This document shows, one piece after another, positions 35,556 to 49,116 of a stretch of 64,000 nt of DNA. Origin of the DNA: Kondoa subrosea. Taxonomy: Eukaryota. Location of the stretch: positions 1,857,129-1,921,128 of the forward strand of contig BCIN01000001.1 in assembly GCA_039545335.1 (NCBI GenBank). Reading direction: 5' to 3'. Within the stretch, counting starts at the first letter, position 1. Every line of letters starts with the position of its first letter. The translations under genes and the position numbers were made by a program. Under the pieces are notes generated by a model that worked only from the letters and a program-made list of their open reading frames with translations, ran no database searches and was not told the DNA's origin.

Positions 35556-37226
35556 CTATTCTAACAACTCTAAATGCAGAACGGAATACACAATATTACA
35601 GCTATTAGGATAAGTGTCCGTGTACAGGATGTCTTGCTTGCCGAGCCAGTAAAGCCTCCTTGATACGCTGTAACATTGCCAACGTAGCTCCTGTAGAGTA
35701 TGGCAAAAGGAGTAAGGATGCACTTGAAGCAATGGTGAACATACCTTGTCCAGCTCTCAACGTCCGGGTTGCCTCCAATATATCTGCAAAGATGTAAGAA
35801 TCATTGTAGCGACTTGGCGTAAAGCATACCTATAGTCATTGAACTGTGTCAAGTTGGCCTCCTTGAAATAATTGAAGATCGAAACACTAGTAAGGTTTGG
35901 GTATCTTCCTGCTGCTTCCGGCCCGGTCATTTGTTGCAGCCAATCGCTCTTCATGCTTAATTCATTTGCTGAACCGACAGCTGGTATAGGCGTCAGACTG
36001 GATAGATCTGGTTCCCCTTTGACTTCGGTGTCGACTCCGTTCTGATTATAGTTGGCCGGTATCTCATAATGGTACTGAGCAGAAGTCTCTGATATCACGA
36101 TGGGTAGCTTCTTGCCGTAAAGGTTATAGAACGAGCGAAAAGATGCCGTAAATTCATCATCGTCTGGCATGGTATTTTCTGCGATACTTATGAGCCAAAT
36201 TCTGCCGCAAGCAAAAATTGTACTTACGACGTTTGTCCAGACCAGAGAAGTAGAAGCTGAGACCTGCGATATCGACCACATCATCTCCGGGGTAGTAAGG
36301 TGTATATCCAGTGATTGAGTCGACGTCGCCGCTGCCAATATTGGGAGACCATAGCTGTCACTCGCCGTGAGCAGAGACGCTATATGAATAAGACATCGAA
36401 ATGACCATATATGTTGAGTTGCAATCAGTATTGCTCTTTACTGCAGCAGCGACCTGTCGAAAGGCGGATATGTAGACATCAGGCGACAGTCCAAATGCCA
36501 TCCAACTCCCATTCATCTCATAAGCGAATCGTAACCATACTGGAACTCCTCGCTTGTTGAAATATGCACACTCTTCAGCTAATTGATTTGACATATCGTT
36601 TGTCCAGCTCGTTAATGCGAAATTCGGTATTATCGCAGGAGCACTACGAGCATAAGCGTCAGCAGAATTTGCTACTGGAAAGACGTTGCGTACTATACTG
36701 AATAGTCTTTCAGTCTTATCACGTCCGGACTATGGTATTGCATTTGCGAAAACGGTTGGGACGATTGCAGTGTCTTACACAGAGCATTAGTGACGCTCCT
36801 TGCACTCGAACAGCGCTTACGACATAAATGTAATCGCCAATTATAGCAATAGCTTTCCCCAAGGCTTGATTTATCGATATCGGCGACTGAGATGATCAGT
36901 TTGGGCTATGATGCACAGATGCTGGGATCTGCTCACTTGATGAGCCCAGTCTGGAAGTACACCCTGTGCAGCAAGTATCAATACCGTTCAACAATATTTC
37001 GGTTCGATGAACGCACAATGTAGATGCTGTTAACTTGCATCCCATCTGGCTTGAGACCATGATGCGCTCTCTACGACATTTAGATCACGAGCTGGCATAG
37101 GCTTGATCAGCTCACTGTTCCAAGAGGTCGGGTTTGGTTGGTATTCGCCGAGCTTGGCGAAGCTGAAGCAGATTGAGCCAACACTTGGCTAACAGCGATG
37201 TACAGCAAAAGCAGCCATATTGTCAT
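35556..37226 (-). CDS. Secreted GH26-like glycoside hydrolase, possibly GPI-anchored
   Basis: Signal peptide MTIWLLLLYIAVSQVLA; VWLRFAYEMNGSW (acid/base Glu), PIVISETSA (nucleophile Glu), FNYFK; hydrophobic C-terminus. Confidence 0.82.
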
Positions 37227-37411
37227 TGATTTGACGGGTATATACAGAAAGAGGTGGCGCAGAAAGGACGGTATATGGCAGTTTAATGACGAGCGGCACG
37301 AAGTGTAAAATCGGCATGGCAAATCTGATGGCCAAGTGCAAAACTTAACTAAGCCTTTTCTGAGGATAAATGCAGCAATGTGACGCACAAGGATGGATTG
37401 CAAGAGTGGTG

Positions 37412-39699
37412 CTACATATCAAACTCGATTTGAATCCCGCGACCTTTCGAAGCTACGACTTTCCTCTTCTTCTGTTTCGGAGCATCGTCATCTTCGCTTA
37501 CATCTACATCATCTCCTGATATCTCGTGTGGAACCTCTTCTTTGACTTCGGTAGGTGCAGACTTGGTCTTAGGTGCTAGCTTTCTTTGTTTCTTTTCAAC
37601 TTTCTTTGACCAAGCTTCAGTTCGAGGTGGTCTCTTGACTCTTTGAACTTTCGCAACCGGCTTGGCTTCTATTCGAGCTTTCTCTTTCGCAGGATCAGAG
37701 TACCCGTAATTGTCCCACTACAAGACAATTTTAGTCCTCGTACTTGCTAGCGGAAGACCCAGACTTACATCGATATCTGCATCTTGCCAATCGACAATTG
37801 ACTGTGCCTTGATCTCTGGCATTCCAGGCAGGCGTAGCAAACCATACGATCGAGCGACTCCAGTGAGCTTGATATCAGCCAAGCGGAAAATGTATGATGC
37901 TTCATGTTTTGAATATGACCGGATCGCTGAGACGAATGCTTTTGCAGCCTACAGAGGACCTTGAGATACGACGCGGTAACAAAAGCTCAAGATTACCTTG
38001 TCATGCAAATCACGATCCTGCTTGACAATCGAGCGCAAAGATTCGCATAATTTCAAAGCAGCAGCATCTGTTTCTGGTACACCTTCACTGGTGGAACCAT
38101 CTTCAAGCAGATACGGGGTAGGTGCTAGAGGTATATTTCGTAATTTGAGCAGATCTGATGTACAAACATCAATTTGCCTGTTGACGAAAACCACCAAGTG
38201 AACATACCGACGTATTCCTCTTCTCTCCCCTGAACGATGAAAGTGACTGCCTTGCCATTTCTACCAGCTCTAGCTGTTCTCCCACATCGATGACTAAAGA
38301 CTTTTGGATCTTGAGGTGGATCCACTTGCAATACACAGTCTACATCCGGCAGATCTAGCCCCCGAGCTGCGATATCGGTACAAAGCAGAACACAACATTG
38401 ATCTGGTCGTAAAGCAGAGAAGGAAGAGAAAGTCGCTGCCCGACGAGTGGGAGGTTGTTTGCCATGTAAAGAGAGAATGGTGAATTGGCTCAGTTCTTGT
38501 AGTTTGGGCAGGACCTTTGTAAGTCTCATTTATATGAAATAATTGATATTGCAGACCAAGACATACCTTGTAGAAGTAATCTACAGCAGCGCAGGTGGAA
38601 AAGAAGACAATAAACTTTCGTCGCGGACTATTCGTGGCGTCTGATTGCAATTGTCGGACAAGTTGTGCGATCTTTTGTTCTTCTTTGCAAATCACATAGA
38701 AATTGGACAATCTGTTACCTCTGTTAGTTGCAGAAAACAGATATAATTAACACTAACGATGCCGGTGTCCTTTGTGCTTCCTTTGCTGCCTTCTCTTGTA
38801 CTTTCACGGTCACTCTTGTAGGATTTCTCAATCCAAGAGTAGCCAATTGAGACAAAGCATCTGTCATAGTAGCGCTGAACAAGCCGGTTCTTCTTTGTTT
38901 GGGAAAATGATGTAATAGCTTGCTTAGAGTAGGTGCGAAACCGAGATCAAGCAAACGATCCGCTTCATCAAGAACTAAAACTTCCAGTCTTTTTACATTG
39001 GCTACCGAAGCGAAACTCTTTGTTGGTGCTCTGCCTTTGGGTTGAGCAATCGAGCTGGAACCTAGTAGAAACTCTTCTAATCGACCAGGAGTACCAATGA
39101 GAATGCTAGAGCCTTCTTCGAGGAAGGTTGCAATATCAGCTTTGATCGTTGTCGAACCGCCTGTAAGTAATAGAGGCAAAGGAAGAGTAGCTGAAGACGT
39201 CGACGCGTGCGCAGATAGTAATTGAGTGAATACAGTGTGTATTTGAGCAGCCAGTTCTCTGTCACAAAGCTCAATTGGTGATCCATAAACAGTCAAGGTA
39301 AACTTACCTTGTAGGCGCTACTATGACAGCTCCTATTTCTCTGCCCTTCAACGGTGGATCGCAAGCTAGCAGCTTCTCAATAACAGGTACTGCGAAAGCG
39401 AGAGTCTTGCCAGATCCAGTCACAGCCTGTGAAATGTAGATTTTCTTTTTCAACTCGTGGCTTCTGCCCAAGTGAGCAGCGGGACAGACTTCAACGATCA
39501 CATCCTTGTTCTGCATGAATAGCGGTATAGTAGAAGCCTGTACAGGCGTTGTCCTGTCGAAGCCTAAACCATTGATTGCAAGAAGTCTGAAAACGAGATC
39601 TTCTCATCAACAAGGTGTCTTCTCGCTTTGCGTGTGAGCGCACAGTGATTCTGAGATTGGAGGCTTCAGTTCCGAGAATGTCGGAAGCGACTTCGCCAT
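37412..39699 (-). CDS. SPB4: DEAD-box rRNA helicase Spb4/DDX55
   Basis: TPVQAS Q-motif, [75 protein letters not shown]. Confidence 0.95.
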
Positions 39700-39909
39700 G
39701 TTTAGTAGTTGGATGTTCGAAAGAAGAGCAAAATATGATGCACATTTCGCAGACCTGGTGCGCGGCACTGGCGAGGGCAGAGCGGAGGGGAGGAGAAGAC
39801 ATTGTCTAGTGCCAATGTGGCGCTTAGGGAGCGTGTAGCTTTTCGTAGATAATGCATGCCTTCAAACTTCAAACTTGAATGCAATGCAGAAGAGCCCCAA
39901 CCCAAATGA

Positions 39910-41629
39910 TTACAATGCTGCAGCCCATGCTTCAATGTCTACGTCAGTCTCTTCAAGGAGCCATTTGTATTTCTACGCGCAAGTCAAATCAGCTTGAAAT
40001 ATCACACCTCTCCAGAGACCACGAACCAATAACTGTTTCGGCGTCGGTCTCTTCTCGTCATCCTTCTCCAAACAATCATCCGCAAATTGCTCCATTTCTC
40101 TTGGGTATTTGCCTTCAGGGATCAATTTCGGTGCAGGTTCATTAACCACATGTTGCAATAGCTCGAGAATTGACATTCCACCACCTCCACCACCAAGACT
40201 CACTCCGTTCGCTTTTTTCTTCTTTTCTATCGCTGGTGCTTTGGTCGAAGCTGGATTGATCTGCATACTTCTTCTTTCTAAGCGTTTCGCATCTGCGTCC
40301 GCTAAAGCTTTATCTTTGTTCCCTGGTCGAACGGGAGATAGAGTCGAATCGAAATCATCTTCATCCTCTGAATCTTCATCAGGCGCGAAAGGGAACCGAC
40401 CAAGAGCTAGTTCAATTAACATGATGCCCAGTGACCAAACATCGGATTTGACAGTATACGGCGCGCCCTTTATACGCTCGGGCTGTTCTCGAGATATTAG
40501 TATTTAGATGACTGTCCTTGACTGAAACCAACGTACACTCATGTAAGTTGATGTTCCCACAAATGTATCGGCTACTGAATTGATGAGTTCTCCAGAGACG
40601 CCAAAATCGCAGATCTTGCACTGTCCAGCAGAATTGACCAAGACATTCGATGGTTTGATGTCTGTGAGGAACCGGGACTTGAATCATCATATAATGATAT
40701 CAAGTCAAGTACTCACCTCGATGCATGATATGATGGACTTCGTAGAGATACGTGAGACCAGAGACGACTGCAAACATGATCTTCTGCAGAATCGGTACTT
40801 CGATCGGGCCATGTGTTTTGTAGATGTCGTCAAGCGATCTGTAGTATATTCAGTACGGTCCATGTATTGTGTACATATATCTCACCCTCTATCCATTAGT
40901 TCCATGCACACTAGGCAAATATCAGCGTGCTTCAATGTCTCTACTGTAGCACTTACTGCAAACTTGTGGATCGCTCAAGTACGCGCCGTAGAAAGAAACA
41001 ATGTAAATCGAGCTCTGAATACGCTGCATAAGCTCATGCCTCGACAGCTGACCCTTACACTTACACAATCATGCATGATCTGCAATTCTCGCACGATCTG
41101 TTTCTTGACTGATGGTTTCGCTTCAATTTGTACGACCTATTTGAATCCATCAGCTTTCTTCTAGCTAGTCTGCAAAAGATGCACCTTTCTTGCCATGATG
41201 GCTCCAGTAGGAATATGCCGTACTTTGGAGACTGTTCCTCCATTTCCAGCACCGACTTCACCGACCAATTCCAGATCTTCGGCTTTGAGATCCAACTTGA
41301 ATTCAATACCCAATTCAAGATTAGCTAGCTGTTCGTTCAATTTGCTGTGGTAGCTATTTGGACGACTTGATGAGCTTGAGGACAAGGCTGAGGAAGGTAC
41401 GGAAAGGGAAGAAGAATCTGAGTTGACAGAGATAGAAGAAGAGATAGTGGATGCTGAAGCTTTAGCTCTGTGTCCCTTGACTTCAGGAAGAGGAGCAGCT
41501 GGTGGTGCTGTTTTGGGTGCTTCGACTATTTGTAGTCCTTTGACATTTCTCTGTTGCAGCAGACAGGATCAGAGTTTGATATCAAGACTAGTGACAGACA
41601 CTGACGTTCTTCTTCTTAGCTCCTAACAT
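39910..41629 (-). CDS. STE7: MAP kinase kinase Ste7/Fuz7
   Basis: Docking site [73 protein letters not shown]. Confidence 0.93.
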
Positions 41630-42201
41630 GCTAGCTTGCGAGCTTTCGAAACTTGAAGAGAGGGCTTCGAGCTTGACGACACAGCTGCGCAGCAAGAGGA
41701 AAGCAGCTGGAGGGCTGTGTCACGATCTCAAGAACAGAGCGAGTCGTCGAGAAGGAGTCAGACTAGGCGAAGAGTCGTTGCTGTAGGTCAAAGTGTAGAA
41801 TGTATCATCTAAAGCCAGAAGTACAATGCGAGTAAGAGGCAACGCTCTAAACAGTGCACGCTGTAGTCAGCTCCTCTCAGGTAGTCTGAGCGATCCCTTT
41901 GACGCGCTTCCCGGCCCAAATCACGCTGTCGGTTGAGGGATTGTCGCACAGCAGCGCACAAGACATTCACTTGAGCAATGCTTCAAGACCTGATTGAATA
42001 CGTGAAGCCAGGCGATAGACGTGAAGTCTGACATTCCATCCTGTTTGATATGAAATTAGAATGGACAGGATTTGGCTGTGTGTAGGAAAGCTTACTTCCA
42101 CTTGCCGTGCATCTGGAAGAAACGCTGAGGCGGTGTTCATATCACAACCTTGGACATCACTGTACCGCAACAAGAGCAGTCAAAATATCCCAACCAGAAA
42201 G

Positions 42202-44838
42202 CTACAGTTGAAGACCATAGAAAATAGCCAAGATGCAAGCCAACAGAGCGCAACAGATGCTTGTATGGGTCGACGATACTTCAAAGTCGATAGATGGAGG
42301 GCGCTCGCGAAGTCTTCTTTCTTGTTCCGGCGAATTTGATACGGTAAGCATCAACGAGTGTCGGAAATTGGGTTCAATATTGCTATGGGTGTAGGTGGCA
42401 CATTGAGTCTAAGTATACGATGAGCACGAGATAAGCCTTATACCATTGAAGGTCTACTTACTTTAGAGTCATACGAAACTTCACCATCGCTTGTCTGCCA
42501 TTGAAGTTGCCCTTGAGCGTAAACTGCGCTTGGAAGGAAGATCAATGTTTCTCCACTCGAGCACTCGGGCGAATTTGCGAAGGAGAGTTCCAATTGCAGC
42601 GTGAACATATCCCATTTGAAACTCAATTGTCGACCTGCAACATGAGTCGGATATGGTCGCTGGAAATATTTCATCAGTGATGTCGCCAAAAAAGAAACGA
42701 AACAGCTGACTAGGATCGCATCCAGACATCTGGTTCCAACTTTTCCCGCTTCACCAGTTTTAAATACCCAAGAAAAGTCTTCAGCGTTCCAGCCATCACC
42801 AATAGGACCAACACTCGTTTCAGTTGCATCGTTGTTAGCATCATAGTTCCACAAAGCAAAGCCGACACCAAGCTTATCCATTGCTGAAAGCAAAGCATCA
42901 ATCTGTCTAGTCTGCCAACGCCAGTCTTTCCGTTTCCTTCTTCTTTCGGGTGAGTTGATTGGGAAAAGATGTGCTGGTACGGTATTGGAATCCATGCAAG
43001 TACCTATTTCTCCAAAGAAATTGGGAAGATTTGGATGAGTAAGATTGCGAGTTTGCAAAGCGTAGCTATTGAAGCTTATTAGTAACATCCTTCCTCAAAG
43101 ACAGGCGAGGCTTACTTCTGCTTTATTCCTTCTCGACCAAAATAAAGACCTTGCCAAAAGGGCATTCCCCTTGACAAACCCTGCACATTAACAGTCACAT
43201 TGCCCAATTGTTTCGAGAAGAGGGTGTGCAGGTCATAAAAATGTGGCGCATATACTAGATTGGGCGGTTGCTGTTCTTTCGGCCAAACAGGTGCATCCTT
43301 GAAAGAAGAAGAAGAAACTTCAGTACTGCGCCAGATATGAGACGGAAGCGATTTACTTCATTAGGGATATTCCCAGCAAAGATCAACCACTCTTTCTTAC
43401 TCTCGCACATTCTTTCACCAAAGCGCTTGACGAAATCAAACCAATAATCTTGATAGAAATCAATCTTCTTCTTTGATTTTGGATGATAATCGAAATAGCT
43501 GTTCCTCAAAACGACTGCTTCTTTCTTCTTTTCATCCCATTCCCAAATCCCATGTTTCTTCCATAAACAACCATTTTTGCCCCAAGCTGATCTTTTAGGT
43601 GAAAGTAATGCATGATGAGTGATTTTAGTAACTGGGAAAGATCGATCGTAGTAAGGTATTCTTTGAGGATAACGAGATGCAAGTGCCATTGATTGTAAAG
43701 CGGAAGGAACGTAGCAGTAAGCTAAATCTGTTGTTGGTGACCAAGTATGAAAAGAATGTAATTCGAGAAATCCTCTATGTGGTTCATTCATTGGTTCCCA
43801 GCCTGTATAATCAATCAGCATTATCGTTTGTACTTGAAGATTGCTGATAACTCACCAACCAATGCTGAGCAATCTTTTAGCCTCTCACTTAATTTCGCAT
43901 ATGCTGCAATCATGCTGTTCTGCAAGAATGTACTAATACCAACGTCCTGCTTTGATTCTTGCCCAGGGAAAGCGTGCCCAGGCTGGGCATGTTCCGAAAG
44001 CGGTATCCGAAGTAAAGGAGCGAATTCATCTCCAGCCCACTGTCAAAATTCAATGCCTTTTCAGCACAATAAAGCGTGAAATAAAAGACGTCAGAACTGA
44101 CAAAGAGTGTAAACATGGTCGTGCTAGCTAACTTTTGATAGCCTGTAGGCCATGCGGAAGGTGGAGGTTGAGTCGGGTCAAGGTTTTCGGAATGGATATG
44201 CGCTGCATAGGTTTCCGTTAAAGCTGTTACATCAAAACCAGCGAGTTCCAGAGTCCAGCCTGAAGGAGAAGATTGAGAGTGAATCAAGGCATAAGGTTGA
44301 GTATAATGACCTGGTGCGCCTGTTCGTACGACGAACTTCCCTTAGACAAGAATTGTCTAAGAGAGCACGAGACGAACCTGATCCTCCGCTTAAGCGACTC
44401 CAAACATCTTGATGCGCGTCAATAGAGCAACGTATGCCATAGCGAGGCATCATTTCGATCAGTCGGTGTAGATAGTCAATGTACTCTTCATCGTATAGAC
44501 CACTATCAGCTCACTTGAGATCAAGATACAAGATAAGAGACTGATAAGACACACGGTCCAGCATGTTCTATAGCTTCCCAAGGTACAACAAGCCTAATGA
44601 AGGTCATGCCCCATTCAGCTAATCGCTGGAAATGGACATGAGCTTCATCCAGAGGGAAAGGTCTTCCAACGAATGACACATTGCGATGATTATAGAAAGC
44701 TCTGGTATCCCCTGAATGCGATAACAAGTCTGGTTGGGCAGGTTGCTTGCAATTGCCCGAGACGCTAGCACCACGTAGTATGACGGAGCGACCTAATTCA
44801 TCAACGAGACTGGTATCATTGATTCGGATACAGCTCAT
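42202..44838 (-). CDS. GH5 endoglycoceramidase-related protein (EGCrP; glucosylceramidase/steryl-glucosidase-like) with C-terminal TM helix
   Basis: SFVGRPFPLDEAHVHF, WEAIEHAGP, IDAHQDVWSRLSGGSG, MNEPH (acid/base), GEIG (nucleophile), GDGWNAEDFS, RPYP. Confidence 0.9.
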
Positions 44839-44921
44839 CGCTCCTTCGAACCGAAGGCAGCAGGAAAAGATTTTTCGAAATTATTGCTCTTGTACACGAA
44901 CCATACCCTCCATTGGCCGAG

Positions 44922-46066
44922 ATGACCAGAACGAAAGCGTACAAGAGAGCAGGAAAGCTAGTTATGCCAGAGAAGCTGAAACCTAAGCAAGTCGCTGCTT
45001 TACCAGAGGTTGAGACTTTGGTCGATACAACGCAATGCAAGAAAGCTGTAAAGGCGTTGATGGGACATCTGCAAAAGACGAGAGCGAGCAAAGAGGAGAC
45101 GGAGTTGATCAGTACAGAAGAGCATTTATACCTGGTTGTCACTTTGAAGCAAATGTCTGGAAGGGATCAAACGAAACCTGTGAGACTGTAAGTTGTTCTG
45201 CCTTGTCCCATTGTCACTACTAGAGCTGATGCGGATTTCATGGAACAGAGCACTACCGAATCCATTGATTGATCCGAAAAAATCACCCGTCTGCCTTTTC
45301 ACCAAAGATCCTCAACGGCAGTATAAAGATCTTCTGGTAGCAAAGAACATTTCCTTCATATCTCGAGTTGTTGGCGTAGAGAAACTCAAGGGCAAAGTAA
45401 GCGTCCTCGTGCTATTGTGTGCAATCTAGCTTATGTCAAAAAACATAGTTCAAACCTTTTGAAGCACGAAGACAACTTATGGCCGAATACGATGTGTTCT
45501 TAGCTGACGATCGAGTTATTCCACTTTTACCTAAATTGCTCGGTCGAAATTGGATAGAAGCAAAGAAACAACCTTTACCAATCTGTATCAAACGAAGTGA
45601 TCTTAAAGCTGAACTCGAAAGAGTTTTATCCTCTACTCCTCTTATCCTAAATCGTGGTACATGTACAACCATCAAAATCGGTACTCCTTTCGAACAACAT
45701 TCAGAAGAAGCATTAGCAGAAAACTTGTTGGCCGTTATTCCTCAATTAGCAGTAAGGTTACCAATGGGTGGATGGAAGAATGTTCAAGCTTTACATATCA
45801 AGACTTCAACAAGCGCTTCTTTACCTATTTGGAATTGTGAATTGTCAGGAAGATTTGATGTGGAACGAAGAGAGACTGCGAAAGATAGAGAAGATGCTGC
45901 AGCGGAAGCGGATGAAGCTCATTTGATTAAAGAAGGAGCTGTTATTCCTTCACCCAAACCAAAGAAGAGAAGCGCGGCTGTTTTGAACACCGAAGCGGAA
46001 ACGTCGGCAGAAAAGGCTGTCAAGCAGGATGAACCATCAAAGAAGAAGAGAAGGAAGAGTACTTGA
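44922..46066 (+). CDS. Ribosomal-L1-domain nucleolar protein (Utp30/Cic1/RSL1D1-like)
   Basis: VCLFTKDPQR, YDVFLADDRVIPLLPKLLG, WKNVQALHIKTSTSASLPIW, basic tail. Confidence 0.9.
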
Positions 46067-46218
46067 TTGCATCTTATCAGTAGCAGGCTTGGAGCAGGTA
46101 TTATGTAATTGCATGTTGATTTCCATAGTTGCTCGAGACCGTATGTCATTAACATCCATCAGCGATATACCCTTGATTGACTATATCTTATCCTGACACT
46201 GGGCTGTCCCTTGTGATC

Positions 46219-48926
46219 ATGCCAGGCCGCTCTCAATTGGCTGCGGAGCTACCGGATCAATTCGCTGGAATAGCCAGCTGCATTACTTCACATTTGGCTT
46301 TCTTGGGCGACGCAGCATCCTTCTACAAAGAGCAAGCTGCTCTGGAACGAGAATATGCTACCAACCTTCGAGCCTTGACCAGTCCGTTGCCGACATAAAT
46401 CAATGATTATACCGAAGTTCAAAGTGCATGTGTGTCATTAACAGGGAAAGCTCAAGAGAAGCGAAGTAAACGAATCCTTGCTGTTGTTGCTGGAGATACG
46501 CCTTCAACGCCTATAAGGGATGGAGATGCTTATACGAGAGAACACACGCTTATGGATGCTTGGTCGAGATTATTAGCTACAAACGATGAAGCAGCTCAAT
46601 CGAAACTCAGTCAGTAGTCTTCTTCTTGTTTGAGTGATGTAAGCTTATTGAGGATTAATGGGAATAGATTTGGCTGATAAATTGGATGAAACGGCTACTA
46701 ATATCAGAAGCGTTGAGGCAAAGAACTTGGCTTTGTTGAAGCAGCATGTCTCGTTCTATGATGAGAAACTCCTTGGTCATCAAGATCTGTTAGCTGGCAA
46801 TGTGAGATATACTTGGGCAAAATCAGTGTTGTCCTCGCTTATGCGGTCCCAAAGCGAACTAAAGCGAAGGAGAAATATGATGCAGCTTGCTCAAATCTAG
46901 AGAATGCAAGGCAGAAACAAGATTCTGTATGCTCTCATAGAGGTTTTGTTAGTTTGGCGCTGATTGACGGAAAAGAGTAAAGATGCAGAGAAAGCTGCAA
47001 AGGTCTATGCAAAAGCAGAATCAGAAATGCAGATAGCTAGTAAGTGTTTCCTCACTTTGTTGCGAATCCGTATTCATTTCGGTTCTTTGTCGCCAGAGGA
47101 TGCTTATCTACTCACTCTCGAATGCGTCAACTCGCACAAAGCTGCATTCTTCCAACGGGTAAGCGAGTAGTTTTCGGCGACAGAACATGTCCGATTACGC
47201 CTCTGCAGGATATACCAGAAGTACAACATCACCTTTCACTGATCTGGTCTATTCTAGTCAAGCGGTTTACCGAAATATTGTCTCTCTCTTGCTCGCAGCA
47301 TTCAACGCATTTTGAAAGCCTGAAAGCTCAACAAGATCGGCTCTTGACTATAGTACAAGGTATCAACCCAGCCAAAGATCAATCTGTCTATGTTCAGCTC
47401 AACAAGAGAAATTGGTTTGCTCCCGCTGATCTTACTTTCGAGCCTTGCGGACTTTGGCATGATAACGATGCAGTCATAGCCGAGTGCGTCTGATCCATCT
47501 CTTACCATCGCAAAACTGATGTACCAGCAGAGGTGACGCGAAAATATACTTGCAGAATCTGTTAGGTACAAGGCAGAAGCGTTAGTATTTCAATCATTCC
47601 TATTGCCTTGCCAACACTGATTTGTGAACAGAGCTGAACGACCAAACGATGCTCGAAAATCGGATCGGCGATGTAGCAAAATCATCTGATGTGCTTGATG
47701 CGTATATGACGGTGAGTCGGATTCTTGATGTTATGGCATTTTCTGAGATTAGGTTAGAACTCGCAATTGGGAGATGCGGCTGATGTCGCGCGAGACTTGC
47801 TGGACCACTATCGGGCGATGTACAACCTGAGAGCAGAGTCCGAAGACCAGCAAGCCGAATATAATCTCGTGTCCAATGTATTGGGAGGTAAGATTTGCGC
47901 TTCAGTATATCATCGAGATTCCGCTTACTTGGCTGTCGGCAGATGATACGGGAAATATGAAACCACATACTTTCAAACCTTCTGGTTTCGCAATACCAAG
48001 TGACTGCGCTGTTTGCCATCAATCGATATTTGGTTTCGGTAAGTTTCTTTGTATATTGTCACAGACCGTCTGCTAAGAGCGTATCAGGCAAACCTGGTTC
48101 GAAATGCCAATCATGCGGCGTCTCCGTTCATAGCAAATGTGAATTGAAGGTAAGATTGACTTCGAGAAGCTGGGCAGCAGCTGAAGGAACATTATAGATC
48201 GCGGCTAGCTGTAGCAAAGGTTCTGTCGGACGCAAGTCATCTTCTCGTCGGAGCTTCCTTGGTTTATCGAAAGAGACTACTGGTGCGAAGCCTCGTCAAA
48301 CGCATGGCGACCCAAATGCAGTCAGAGGTCGGTGTATCACATGAGATGACTGGTGTCCTGCTGAATAGTCAACCTCAGGTACTGGATCATCACTTGATCT
48401 GAATCGCCGGTCTACAAGTGCCTCAATAGCCAGTTCTTCGTCTAGGAAAAGCTGGCACTCCGCTTCCCAGCCTATCTCTAGCCCAACCCTTCCTGCTCAA
48501 AGTAATGCAGAGACACGGACTGTCATGTATACGTACGAAGCTGCCGGAGATGGCGATATCACTGTTTCTGTAGGCGAAGAAGTTATTGTGCTTGAACCTG
48601 ATTCAGGTGGATGGATCAAAGTCCAAAGCAGCAATGGACAGAGCGGGATCGTACCTACCTCATATCTTTCAGAGGGTGCAACAGCAAGTCGTGAGTACTC
48701 CTTCCGAAGCCAGGCATAAACATACTAATTTATCGAAGAACCGCAAAATGGTTCATCTTTTACTGCCTGCACTGTCGCTTTCGATGCTAGTGGGCCAGGA
48801 GAGGTATCTGTACAGGTTGGAGAAGAGGTAGAGCTGTTAAGTGAGGCAGCAGGTCAGGGGTGGCAATCAATAGTGAAGCATTCGACGGGCGAAAAGGGAG
48901 TGGTGCCAAGCTGGGCAGTCAGCTAG
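46219..48926 (+). CDS. BZZ1: F-BAR/C1/2xSH3 endocytic protein Bzz1
   Basis: FYKEQAALEREYA (FCH); HTFKPSGFAIPSDCAVC..C..C..VHSKC (C1); two SH3 domains (MYTYEAAG..W..GIVPTSY; FDASG..W..GVVPSW). Confidence 0.88.
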
Positions 48927-49116
48927 CAGCGGACACTAGATTCCAATTGTAGTATGTGTAGGATGAAATGACTTCGCGCACAAATTCACCCAGGCTTGTT
49001 TCGAACCAAGTTTCGGTTCTTCTTTATACCTGCTCTGTGTTTTGCTTGGATACACCCTCGATACCCTCTCTGTCCTCTACTCTCATAGACCCTTCTCCTT
49101 TCATTCTGTTTGTATC

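Noticed and set aside
39910..41629. Mating-type locus suggested by STE7
   Set aside because: No pheromone precursor (CAAX), STE3 receptor, STE20 or homeodomain gene in the window.
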